The position numbers and the translations under genes were made by a program. 64,000 nt of DNA from NCBI GenBank assembly GCA_028826165.1, contig JAPDFW010000063.1:434001-498000 (forward strand), written 5' to 3'. Under the pieces are notes generated by a model, which ran no database searches, was not told the DNA's origin, and saw only the letters and a program-made list of their open reading frames with translations. Of this stretch, positions 12,287-25,780 are shown piece by piece. How positions within the stretch are numbered: the first letter of the stretch is position 1; each line of letters opens with the position of its first letter. The stretch comes from Anaeramoeba ignava BMAN. Taxonomy: Eukaryota; Protista; Anaeramoebae.

Positions 12287-14934
12287 ATGTCAAACAATTT
12301 AGAACAAGAAAACGAACAAAAAAAAATTAAATATCGAGTAAAATAAAATAATAAAAAAAAATAAACAAAAAGCAAAAAAAAATTTTTTAATTTTCCGTTT
12401 TTTTATTTATTTATAAAAAAAACAAAACACAAAAAACAAAAAAGCTCAATTCAATTAATCTTAATTCAGTAGAAATTGAATTTATACTTTTGGATTCAAA
12501 TCAAGATCAAGAAATCGAAGTGCAATTTGATAATGAAGAACCAGAAACACTTCCAAAACCATATATTTTGAAACGAGAAAAACTTGAGTATCAAAAAAAA
12601 TATAAAATTGAAGCAAATATTAAAGGAGAAAAATCAACGGAAAGCAAAATTGAGTTTGAATTATCAACCGTTAATTCTTTTTTTGAAGCTTTAATGGTTC
12701 AAATATCGAGAATTTCTATTACTTATTATTATTTTCCAGTGATTGAGAACTGGGAAACATCAAGTACTGAAAGATTTAACACACTTTCTAATCAATATGA
12801 AGATAAAGCTTATGAAAAACTTAAAGGACCTATTGTTGGCAATTTGTTCCAAATTTTCAATCCAAATAATCGTGTTTCCAGTTTCAATTTTTCTTCAGGT
12901 GATTCGCAGACAAATTCTCTTCCTGAAGTCAATAAGCATTTTTATATTTTGAAAAATTCTTCAACACAAATTTCTCAATTGATGAAATCCCCTTTTTCTG
13001 ATCCCATTGAATCTGAACTTTGGGCTCAATTTCAAGATTCTTTTGATTTTCTTTCCAAATTGTTTCTTCCTTTTATTCGAAGCAAAAAAGAATTTTTTTA
13101 TTGTTTTGATCATTATTTGAAAATTTTGGATGATTGGAAACACAAAAAGCTAGAAAAAAAGAAGATCAGTAAATGATTGATTTATAAAATTAATTTATAA
13201 AATTAAAATTCATTTATAAAATTAAAATTATAATTAAAATTAATTTATAAAATTAAAATTATAATTAAAATTAATTTATAAAATTAAAATTAATTTATAA
13301 AATTAAAATTAATTTATAAAATTAAAATTCATTTAAAATTAAAATTAATTTATTAAATTAAAATTCATTTATTAAATTTTAAAAAAAAAAGTTGTCCAAA
13401 TTTCTCCAAAATTTACTTCAAAAATCGAAACAATCTTGAATATCATTAAAAAAGCCAAAAAAGAATTAAAAAAAGTTCAAAACAATTTTGAAAAAGACAA
13501 ATCAAATCTTTCATTAACAGATTATTACTTTCCATTTCATATGAATCACGATACAATACCTTATATTAAACACAAAATTGATCTTCTTCACAAAATTTAT
13601 CGTACTTATTCTGTTGACACATTTTTAGAACAAATTAACAGTGTTCAGGCTGAATTAAATGATTTAATTGAATCTACAACTAAATTACAAACACAATTAG
13701 ATGATTTGGAACAACAAAAGGATTTATTACAAAAATTTATTGATGAAAATTTCGAAAAATTTACAATTCCAGAAAACACAGAAATAAAAAAATTTGGAAC
13801 TTCTCAATTATTTTCCACAAAAGATTCTGATTATTTTAAAGCACAAATTCCAACAGAAGCTTGGATACCTCTTTTTTACTTAAAGCATTTCTGTTTTACA
13901 CATTCATATCAATTTGTTCGTTCCGATTCTTCTAATGAAATAATTTCTCAAAATCCTAAACCACTTCGTCGGATGTCAAAACTCAAAAAAAAGAGCGAAC
14001 AATTACTAAGGAATTTTCTTTTACTTTTCTCATATTTTCATTCCTATAACATTTTTTTTGCAAAGGACAAGAAATTCGATCCCAAATTTTTGCCTCTTTC
14101 AAAAAATGGAAAAATTCCGTCTTTTTTTCTTTTCAACGATTTAGATTTTTCCTTTTTCCGTAAAAATATTGATGCGAAACAAAAAAAGAACGAGTTAATA
14201 GTGATATTGAAAAAATTTCGAAGCTTATGGGAAAGAATACAGAAATTAAAGATTCAGATGATTTCGAACAATCTCTTTTATTTTTATTATCTTCTTTATT
14301 CAAATTTCCCAGCTATTGGGATAATAAAGAGAAAAAAGAGAATGAAAAAGATCAAACATTTGAGATTGATGTTTCAGAAAAAGATGAAATTTATATTTTG
14401 ATAAAGGATCTTTTTGAGAAATCTGGATTGAAAGTTTCAAAACTGAAGATTCAAAGACAAGAAAACGTCAAGCTTTATTCCAATTATCTTAGTTTTCAAG
14501 AATCAGTTTTGTTGAATGGAGTTACATCACTTAAAATCACTCAAAACAATGTTAATTCGAAAGCGAATGAAGTTTTTCTTTTTTATGGAGATGAACTTGA
14601 TAATTTTGCTAATTCCTTTTATAATCTTGATTATTTATCTGAAGAAATCAACAAAAAATATCATGGTTTTTCTTTCTTTGCAGATCCTAAAGATGCTCAT
14701 GATTTTGCTTCAAATGATCCAAATGATCTTTTCTCTCAACATGTTCTTTATTATTCAAGAGTTTGTGCTGGTGATACTCAAGAGTTTTCTAGTAAATTAC
14801 CGAAATGCTATCATCTTCAAAAAGACTCTTATTATATTAAATCACAAAATTCGGATTTACCTATTCAAGTTCTTTTTGCTTTTGATCAGAATCAATTTTA
14901 TCACGAATACAAAATTATTTACTCTTTAAATTAA
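12287..14934 (+). CDS. Large protein with a C-terminal degenerate PARP/ADP-ribosyltransferase-like domain; exons 12287-12337, 12445-13168, 13392-14934 (frameshift near 14230-14280)
   Basis: In-frame GT-AG joins; C-terminal KIQRQENVKLY, NEVFLFYG, GFSFFA, SRVCAG and QFYHEYKIIY parallel PARP catalytic-domain motifs. Confidence 0.6.
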
Positions 14935-16380
14935 AATCAATTTTAAAATCTAAATTTAAATCTAAATCAATTTCTAAATTTAAATCTAAATCTAAATCTA
15001 AATCTAAATTTAAATCTAAATCTAAATCTAAATTTAAATCTAAATCTAAATTTAAATCTAAATCTAAATCTAAATCAATTTTAAATCAATTTTAAAATCA
15101 ATTTTAAAATCAATTTCTAAATCTAAATTTAAATCTAAATCTAAATTTAAATCTAAATCTAAATCTAAATCAATTTCTAAATTTAAATCTAAATCTAAAT
15201 CAATTTCTAAATCTAAATCTAAATCTAAATTTAAATTTAAATCAATTTCTAAATTTAAATCTAAATCTAAATCAATTTCTAAATCTAAATTTAAATCTAA
15301 ATCTAAATTTAAATCTAAATCAATTTCTAAATCTAAATCTAAATCTAAATCTATTTCAATTTCTAAATTTAAATCTAAATCTAAATCTAAATCTAAATCT
15401 ATTTCAATTTCTAAATTTAAATCTAAATTTAAATCTAAATCTAAATCAATTTCTAAATTTAAATCTATTTCTAAATTTAAATCAATTTTAAATTTAAATT
15501 TTAATTTAAATCTAAATCTAAATTTAAATTTAAATCAATTTCTAAATCTAAATCTAAATCTAAATCTAAATTCAATTTTAAAATCAATTTTAAAATCAAT
15601 TTCTAAATCTAAATCAATTTCTAAATCTAAATCTAAATCAATTTCTAAATATAAATATAAATCAATTTTAAATTAAATTCTAAATTTAAATCTAAATCTA
15701 AATCTAAATCTAAATCTAAATCTAAATCTAAATCTAAATCTATTTCTAAATTTAAATCTAAATCAATTTCTAAATTTAAATCTAAATCTAAATCTAAATC
15801 TAAATCAATTTCTAAATATAAATCTAAATCAATTTCTAAATCTAAATCTAAATCTAAATTTAAATCTATTTCAATTTCTAAATCTAAATCTAAATCTAAA
15901 TCTAAATCTAAATCTAAATCTAAATCTAAATCTAAATCAATTTTAAAATCAATTTCTAAATCTAAATCTAAATCAATTTTAAATTAAATTCTAAATTTAA
16001 ATCTAAATCTAAATCTAAATCTAAATCTAAATATAAATCTAAATCTAAATTCAATTCTAAATCAATTTCTAAATCTAAATCTAAATCAATTTCTAAATTT
16101 AAATCTAAATCTAAATCTAAATCTAAATCTAAATCTAAATCTAAATCTAAATCTAAATCTAAATCTAAATCTAAATTTAAATCTAAATCTAAATCTAAAT
16201 CTAAATCTAAATCTAAATTTAAATCAATTTCTAAATCTAAATTTAAATCTAAATTCATTTTAAAATCAATTTTAAATCAATTTCTAAATTTAAATCTAAA
16301 TCTAAATCAATTTTAAATTATTTTCTCAATCAATTCTAAATCAATTTTAAATCAATTTTAAAATCAATTTTAAAATCAAT
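14935..16380. repeat. (TAAATC)n-type hexamer microsatellite, intergenic
   Basis: Direct reading; it accounts for the spurious LD-repeat ORF. Confidence 0.9.
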
Positions 16381-16532
16381 TTCTTTAAAATAAAAACAAA
16401 ACAATCCAAAATTTTTATTTTTATTTTTATTCTTTTTTTGCTTTTATTTTTTTATTTTTTATTTTCTCATTTTTTTTTTCATTTTTTTGTTTAATTTCTC
16501 AATTTATAAAAATAAATTATTCTTTTTTGAGA

Positions 16533-19500
16533 ATGTCAAATTTACCTACACCTCATTGGATTGATGTTGCAATTGGAATTGTTTCAAGTGATGATGATTT
16601 TGAAGATGATTTTACTAAATCAAATTTAAGAACAAACCAAAATCAAAATCAACAAAAAAATTCCCCTTATCAAATAGAACTTACCCAAACAACTGAAAAA
16701 AAAGCTTCTTATGATCGTTATGGTTTTGAAATTACAAAGAAGTACTTTTAAAAAAAATATTTTCTTTCTTCTTCCTTTCTTAATTTTATAATTAAATTTA
16801 TAATTATATTTATAATTAAATTTATAATTATATTTATAATTATATTTATAATTAAATTTATAATAAAATTTATAATTATATTTATAATTAAATTTATAAT
16901 TAAATTTATAATAAAATTTATAATTATATTTATAACTAAATTTATAATTAAATTTATAATTAAATTTATATTTAAATTTATAATTAATTTTATAATTAAA
17001 TTTATAAGTATAGGTTATTGATTTCTAAAAATGAAAATAAGGAATTTATAGCACTGACGAAAAAATTTTTCTCCATTTATTGTCCCGAGTCGGAGACGAG
17101 GGCAATAAACAATTTTCCAACGAGTCGGAGACGAGTGTAAGAAAAAAGAAAAATTTTTAAGTCAGACTATAAATTCCGAAATTTGAATTTTTAGAAAGCA
17201 ATAACCAATTTATTGGACCCTGAAGAGTGGAACCCAAAAAAAAGAAAGTGAAAGGAGAATTAAGTATTTTTTTAATTTAGGGAAATGATGACTGAGCAAT
17301 TTATAGCTAGTCAAAAATAAATTGAAATGCTATTGTAGGTATACTCCCTCAAAGTACATGGGCTATAAATTTTTTATAGCTCTCTCTCAAATTGAACCAA
17401 CCAAATTTTATTGATTGAAAATTAAGTGTGAGTCAATTAAAAAAAAGAATGTGAAAGGAGAATTAAGTATTTTTTTAATTTAGGGAAATGATGACTGAGC
17501 AATTTATAGCTAGTCAAAAATAAATTGAAATGTTATTGTAGGTATACTCCCTCAAAGTACATGGGCTATAAATTTTTTATAGCTCTCTCTCAAATTGAAC
17601 CAACCAAATTTTATTGATTTTAATTCAAAAAGGGAATTTCTCCTTTTTTTTCGGAACTATAATTTTTTTTTTAGATTCATTTATTTATGGCTTCAGGGTC
17701 CAATAAATAAATTTATAATTATATTTATAATTAAATTTATAATTAAATTTATAATTAAATTTATAATTAATTTTATAATTATATTTATAATTATATTTAT
17801 AATTAAATTTATAAACAAATTTATAATTATATTTATAATTAAATCTATAATTATATTTATAATTATATTTATAATTAAATTTATAATTAAATCTATAATT
17901 ATATTTATAATTATATTTATAATTAAATTTATAATTAAATTTATAATTATATTTATAATTAAATTTATAATTAAATTTATAATTAATTTTATAATTAAAT
18001 TTATAATAAAATTTATAATTAAATTTATAACTAAATTTATAATTATATTTATAATTAAATTTATAATTAAATTTATAATTAAATTTATAATTATATTTAT
18101 AATTAAATTTATAATTAAATTTATAATTAAATTTATAATTAAATTTATAATTAAATTTATAATTAAATTTATAATTAAATTTATAATAAAATTTATAATA
18201 AAATTTATAATTATATTTATAATAAAAATTTATAATTAATTTTATAATAAAATTTATAATTAATTTTATAATTATATTTATAATTATATTTATAATTAAA
18301 TTTATAAACAAATTTATAATTATATTTATAATTAAATCTATAATTATATTTATAATTATATTTATAATTAAATTTATAATTAAATTTATAATTATATTTA
18401 TAATTAATTTTATATTTATATTTATAATTAAATTTATTTCAAAATTTATGCTTAATTTTATAATTAAATTTTATAATTAAATTTATAATTAAATTCATAA
18501 TTATATTTATAATTAAATTTATAATTAAATTTATAATTATATTTATAATTAAATTTATAATTAATTTTATATTTAAATCTATAATTATATTTATAAACAA
18601 ATTTATAATTAAATTTATATCAAAATTTATAATTAAATTTATAATTAAATTTATAATTAAATTTATAATTAAATTTATAATTAAATTTATAATTAAATTT
18701 ATAATTAAATTTATAATAAAATTTATAATTATATTTATAATTAAATTTCAAAAGGAATTTCCGCAAACCCACTAAAAAAGAAATAAAAAAGGAATTATCA
18801 AGAGCAGATAAATGGATTCACATGTTCGCAAATTGGGAAGTTTATACAACAAAAAAAATCAAAATTGTAGTTTTTCTTTTATTTCATATTTTCTTCAAAA
18901 AAAAAACAAAAAAAGTAATAAAACCTTTTTTAATTTTCCAAAATTTTTTTTTCCGAAAATGAAATATTTAGTTAGATCGAAGAATTTTAAAAGGAATTCC
19001 TGATCGAGTTCGAGGAGAAGCTTGGAAAAAAATTGTTGGAAGTGATCAACTTCAAAAATCAAAGCCAAATCTTTATGAACAAAATATAACTGCAAGAAAT
19101 TTAACAAGTGAGAAAATTATTTTAAAAGATCTTGATCGAACATTTCCTGAACATCAACTTTTTGTTCAAAGACAAATGTATTTAATTTTAATTTTAATTT
19201 TAATTTTAATTTTAACTTTAATTTTAATTTTAATTTTAAATTTAAATTTTAATTTTAATTTTAATTTTAATTTTAATTTTAATTTTAATTTTAATTTTAA
19301 TTTTAATATTAATTTTATAAATTAATTTTAAATTTATAAATTAATTTTAAATTATTTAGTCAACAAAAATTATATAATGTTCTTCGAGCTTTAGCTAATT
19401 ATTCTCCAGAAACTGGTTATTGTCAAGGGTAAAAAATATTTTCCAAAACCAAATCAATTTTCTCAAAAAAATTTTTAATAATTTGTTTTTAAATTTATTA

Positions 19501-20848
19501 TTTTTTAGAATGTCATTTATTGGTGGATTATTATTATTATATATGGAAGAAAAAGTAAACAAAATTAATTTTTAATTTTAATTTTAATTTTAATTTTAAT
19601 TATTAATTATAATTTTAATTTTAATTTTAATTTTAATTTTTAATTTTTAATTTTTAAAAGGAAGCATTTTATTTTTTTGTTAAATTATTGGATGATTATC
19701 ATATGAAAGGAATATTTCAAGCAGGATTTCCTTTATTACAATATCAATTCGAAGAATGGAAAAAAATGCTTCGATCACATTGCCCAAAAATTGATGCAAA
19801 ACTTGAAGAAAATAATGTAGAACCATCTTTTTATGCCATGAAATGGTTTATGACTATTTATTCTAATATTCGTGATTTTAGTGGAATGGCTCAAGTTTGG
19901 GAAAATTATTTATTTAGAAAAAATGAATTTTTATTTGGATTTACATTATCTCTTATGAAATTATCTGAAAGTAATATTTCGAATTCGAAATTTCAAACAA
20001 TTCCATTTTAATATAAATATTTAAATAAATATAAATATAAATATCAATATAAATATAAATATTTAAATAAATATAAATATAAATATCAATATAAATATAA
20101 ATATTTAAATAAATATAAATATAAATATCAATATAAATATAAATATTTAAATAAATATAAATATAAATATTTAAATAAATATAAATATAAATATTTAAAT
20201 AAATATAAATATAAATATTTAAATAAATATAAATATAAATATTTAAATCAATATAAATATAAATATTTAAATCAATATAAATATTTAAATAAATATAAAT
20301 ATAAATATAAATATAAATATTTAAATAAATATAAATATTTAAATAAATATAAATATTTAAATAAATATAAATATTTAAATAAATATAAATATTTAAATAA
20401 ATATAAATATTTAAATAAATATAAATATTTAAATAAATATAAATATTTAAATAAATATAAATATAAATATAAATATAAATATAAATATAAATATAAATAT
20501 AAATATAAATATAAATATAAATATAAATATTTAAATAAATATAAATATTTAAATAAATATAAATATTTAAATAAATATAAATATAAACATAAATATTTAA
20601 ATAAATATAAATATAAATATAAATATAATTATTTAAATAAATATAAATTTTAATATCAATTAGAAAAAATCTTAAAAATGGATCCTTCTTATCTTTTACA
20701 ACAACTTCAAGATATTCCAAATGATTTTCCAATTTCAAAAGTTTTAGAAGTTTATAAAAAAATTAAACTATCAAAAGATGAGAAAAACAGAATTCAAAAT
20801 TTAGCAAATAATTGGCTAACTCAAAATGGAAATTCACAAAAGAAATAA
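16533..20848 (+). CDS. TBC-domain Rab GTPase-activating protein, ~7 exons (approx. 16533-16741, 18755-18867, 18975-19177, 19360-19428, 19510-19554, 19661-19970, 20664-20848)
   Basis: [35 protein letters not shown] (Arg finger), GYCQGMSF (Gln finger), [10 protein letters not shown]. Confidence 0.88.
17013..17708 (+). ncRNA. Candidate structured intronic RNA(s) or fold-back element, family unidentified
   Basis: Inverted repeats 17013-17032/17187-17206 (1 mismatch) and 17208-17225/17691-17708 (perfect 18 bp), nested stems, motif CGAGTCGGAGACGAG present twice, internal ~169 nt duplication. Confidence 0.5.
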
Positions 20849-22066
20849 AAATTTAATCGGAAAAAAAATTCAAATTAAAATTCCTTTAAAATTAAATTAC
20901 AAATCAATTACAAATCAATTACAAATCGGAAAAAATTTCAATTAAATTATCTATTTAAAATTCAATTAAAATTTCCTTTAAAATTCAATTAAAATTAAAT
21001 TACAAATCAATTACAATTTAAATTACAATTAAATTACAAATCAATTACAAATCAATTACAATTCAAATCGGAAAAAATTTCAATTAAATTATTTATTAAA
21101 ATTTCAATTAAAATTAAATTAAAATTCCTTTAAAATTAAATTAAAATTAAATTAAAATTCCTTTAAAATTAAATTAAAATTAAATTAAAATTAAATTACA
21201 AATCAATTAAAATTAAATTAAAATTCAATTACAATTAAATTACAATTAAATTACAAATCAATTACAAATCAATTACAAATCAATTACAATTAAAATTCAA
21301 TTACAAATCAATTAAAATTAAATTACAATTCAATTACAAATCAATTAAAATTTAAATTACAATTAAATTACAAATCAATTACAATTCAAATCGGAAAAAA
21401 ATTCAATTAAATTATTTATTTAAAATTAAATTATTTATTAAAATTTCAATTAAAATTCCCTTTAAATTCAATTAAAATTAAATTAAAATTATTTATTAAA
21501 ATTAAATTAAAATTATTTATTTAAAATTCAATTAAAATAACTTTTTTATTCTTTTCTTTTTTATCCTTTTTTTTTTCACTTTTGGAAATTTTTTCTTTTT
21601 GATCGATTCTTTTTTTTTTTTTTACATCTTCTTTTTATCTTATTTTTATCTTCTTTTATTTGATCACTTTGAATAAAAAAAAAGAAATTTAATTTAAAAA
21701 ATTTTTTTTTATTTTTTTTTAATTAAATTTATTATTAAGATATAATTTTATATACATATATTTTTATAATAATAATAATAAATTAATTTATTATGTTTTT
21801 TATTCTTTTTTTATTCTTGTTTTGTTAATTAAAAAAAAAAAGGAAAAAAAAAAAAAGAATAAAAAAATTTTTTTATTTTTTTTAATTTAAAAAAATCTAT
21901 TTATCATTTTTCATTTTTCATTTTTCTTTTTTTCTTTTTTAATTTTTTTTTTATCCAAATTTATTTTTATTATCTTTTTTTGCTTTTATTTTTCCTATTT
22001 TTTTTTAATTACAAAAAAAAAAAAAGCAACAAATTCACACAAAAAAATTAATTGAATCAAAAAAAA

Positions 22067-24844
22067 ATGACAACAATTGAAAACGATAAAGGAATTGATT
22101 TAAAATCAGTTGGAGTTTCAGAAGAAGTTTCAACGGATCTTGATTTGGAATCATCAATAAAAGTAGATTCACGAACACAAAGCAAAAGTGAAAATGAATT
22201 GGAAATTGATTCCGAAAGTGAGAAAGAAAAAAAGCAAAAAAAACAGAAAAAACACAAGAAGCACAAAAACACAAAAAACATAAACATAAAAAACATCACC
22301 GACATCATGGCAAAAGAAAACATGGGAAAAAAAACAAGTCACCGGCAATAACAAAAGCAGAAAAAAACCTGTCAATAACGCCGTCAAAGTCTGCCTTAAA
22401 AAAAGAAGGAACAAGATTGACATTAACAAAATCGATACGAGGAACATTTGGCATGTTGCCAAAAGGGGAACAACAAGAACATGACAAAATCTGGCGAAAT
22501 TTTTCCACTTTTAGAAGGAAATCTCGACCGTTATTAGAAAACCAAAATACGATGGCACTTCACTTCAATGCCGAAGACGTTGAGCAACCAAACAACCAAA
22601 TTGGAGCGGATTATAACGACGGTTGGAAACCTCCAGAGTTTGTTTCTTCCGATTATGAAGACGGAATTGATCTTGAAGAAAAAGAACCAAAAGGCAAAAA
22701 AAATATCAAAAATACTCACAAATCCATGAGGAAATTAAGGACTCACCAACAGCCCGCTCTTTATGAAGAACCGGAAAAAGGTCATAAACCTATTTTTATT
22801 TGGCTTATTACTCTTGTTGATATCGTTATGATGGTTTATGCTATTGTTAAAAATCATGGTTTTGAACAGTTTCAAGTTAATCCTTGGGGTGGTCCTTCTC
22901 AACAAGTCTTAATTGATTTAGGAGCAAAAGGTTCTTATTTATTTTTGTTTTTATTTTTATTTTTATTTTTATTTTTCAAAAACAAAGTGAGAAAAAATTT
23001 GGAATAATTTTCCTCTTATTTTTTATCGAATTAAAAATTTAATTTAATTTAATTTAATTTAATTTAATTTAATTTAATTTAATTTAATTTAATTTTAATT
23101 TAATTTAATTTAATTTAATTTTAATTTAATTTAATTTAATTTTAAATAAAAGTTCCAATAAAAATTACAATTAAAATTAAAATTAAAATTAAAATTAAAA
23201 TTAAAATAAAATTAATATTAAAATTAAAATTAAAATTAATATTAAAATTTAAAATTAATATTAAAATTAAAATTAAAATTAAAATTAAAATTAAAATTAA
23301 AATTAAAATTAAAATTAAAATTAAAATTAAAAATTAAAATAAAAATTCAAAATTAAAATTAAAATTAAAATTAAAATTAAAATTAAAAATTTAAAAATAA
23401 AAGTTCCAATAAAAATTAAAATTAAAATTAAAATTAAAATTAAAATTAAAATTAAAATTAAAAATTAAAATTAATATTAATATTAAAATTAAAATTAAAA
23501 TTAAAATTAAAATTAAAATTAAAATTAAAATTAATTTTAAAATTAATATTAAAATTAAAATTAAAATTAAAATTAAAATTAAAGTTCCAATTAAAATTAA
23601 AATTAAAATTAATATTAAAATTAAAATTAAAATTAAATTTAAAATTAATATTAAAATTAAAATTAAAATTAAAATTTTCCTTCCTATTTTATTATAGATG
23701 CTCCGAAAATAAGAGATGGACAATGGTGGAGATTTATAACACCACTTTTTTTGCATGTCGGAGTAATTCATTTATTATTAAATTTAACTTTTCAATGGAA
23801 AGGAGGATCTCAAATTGAAGAATCAGTTGGAACAATTCGAACATTTTTGATTTACTTTATATCAGGAATTGGAGGGAATTTATTGAGTGCTGTTTTTCTT
23901 CCTAATTTAATTCAAGTTGGTGCTTCTGGCGCTTTATTCGGTCTTTTTGCTATTTTATTTGGTGATTTATTCCAAAATTGGAAAGAAATTTATGAACCTA
24001 AATCAACTTTATTAAAAATGATATTAGCAGTTCTTATTACTTTGGGTGCTGGTCTTCTTCCTGCTGTGGATAATTTTGCTCATGTTGGTAAGTAGTTTTA
24101 TTTCTTTTCATTTTCTAAAAAATTAAAATCAAAATAAAAATTAAAATCAAAAATTAAAATTAAAATTAAAATTAAAATTAAAATTAAAATTAAAATTAAA
24201 ATCAAAATTAAAATCAAAATTAAAATTAAAAATTAAAATTAAAATTAAAATTAAAATTAAAAATTAAAATCAAAATTAAAATTAAAATTAATATTAAAAT
24301 TAAATTTAAAATTAAAATCAAAAATTAAAATCAAAATTAAAATCAAAATTAAAATTAAAAATTAAAATTAAAATTAAAATTAAAATTAAAATTAAAATTA
24401 AAATCAAAATTAAAATTAAAATTTAAATTTAAAATTAAAATCAAAAATCAAAATCAAAATTAAAATTAAAATTAAAATTAAAATTAAAATCAAAAATCAA
24501 AATTAATATTAAAATTAAAATTAAAATTAAAATTAAAATTAAAATTTAATTTAAAATCAAAAATCAAAATTAAAATTAAAATTTAAACAGGAGGATTTAT
24601 TGTTGGATTATTATCAGGAGCAATAATAATGCCTTATATAACTTTTGGAACAACTAGGAAAATATTACTTTTAATTTGTATTCCATTATTAGGAGCATAT
24701 TTTGCAATATTATTTATATTCTTTTATCGAGATATTGATGGAAATTCATGGTGTAGTTTTTGTAAATATATAACTTGTATTCCTGTTAAAGATTGGTGTG
24801 ATAATATTGGTCCAGAAAAACATACTAAAACTGATATTCAATAA
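22067..24844 (+). CDS. Rhomboid-family intramembrane serine protease; exons ~22067-22930 (frameshift near 22300-22350), 23698-24087, 24591-24844
   Basis: NPWGGPS, QWWRFITPLFLHVG, catalytic VGASGALFG and DNFAHVGG, Cys-rich C-terminus. Confidence 0.88.
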
Positions 24845-25780
24845 TTTACTTTAATCTTTTAAAATCACTTTTACAAAATTCTTCTTTTTTCTTTCTTTCT
24901 AATTCTTCTTTTATAATCCTTTTTTTTTCTTTTATTTCATTTTTGTTTTTCTTCAATTCCACTTTTTTTTTTTCCTTAATTCTTCTTTCTTTTTTTTTTC
25001 AAAATAAAAATTGAAACAAAAACAAAAACAAAAACATAAACAATAAATATTAAATATTGAATTAAATATTGAATTAAATATTGAATTGAATATTGAATTA
25101 AATATTGAATATTGAATATTGAATTGAATATTGAATTAAATATTGAATATTGAATATTAAATTGAATATTAAATATTGAATTAAATATTGAATTAAATAT
25201 TGAATATTGAATTGAATTGAATTAAATATTAAATATTAAATTAAATTGAATTAAATATTGAATTGAATATTGAATTGAATATTAAATATTGAATTAAATA
25301 TTGAATTGAATTGAATATTAAATTAAATATTGAATTAAATATTGAATTAAATATTAAATTAAATATTGAATTGAATATTAAATATTAAATATTGAATATT
25401 GAATTAAATATTGAATTAAATATTGAATTAAATATTGAATTAAATATTGAATTAAATATTGAATAATATTGAATAATATTGAATAATATTGAATTAAATT
25501 GAATTGAATATTGAATTAAATATTGAATATTGAATTAAATATTAAATTAAATATTGAATTGAATTGAATATTGAATTAAATATTGAATTAAATATTGAAT
25601 TAAATATTGAATTGAATATTAAATATTGAATTAAATATTGAATTAAATATTGAATTGAATTGAATATTAAATTGAATTGTATTGAATATTATTGAAATAA
25701 ATTAAATTGAAATGAATGGAGAAAATTTTTTTTTTTTGATTTTGTTTTTTTTTCATTTTTTTTTTTCTTTTGTTTTAATA

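Noticed and set aside
17055-17135. Hammerhead ribozyme or SRP RNA (CTGACGA; GTCGGAGAC)
   Set aside because: CUGANGA is not followed by a properly placed stem II and GAAA core, and the SRP helix-8 motif is absent
15968-20738. ORFs of LD, IKF, YKFN and IY repeats (also 9139-9522, 10439-10754, 23391-23771, 29776-30084, 32068-32700, 34160-34447, 38435-38665)
   Set aside because: These are translations of stop-free microsatellites or alternative frames of low-complexity coding sequence
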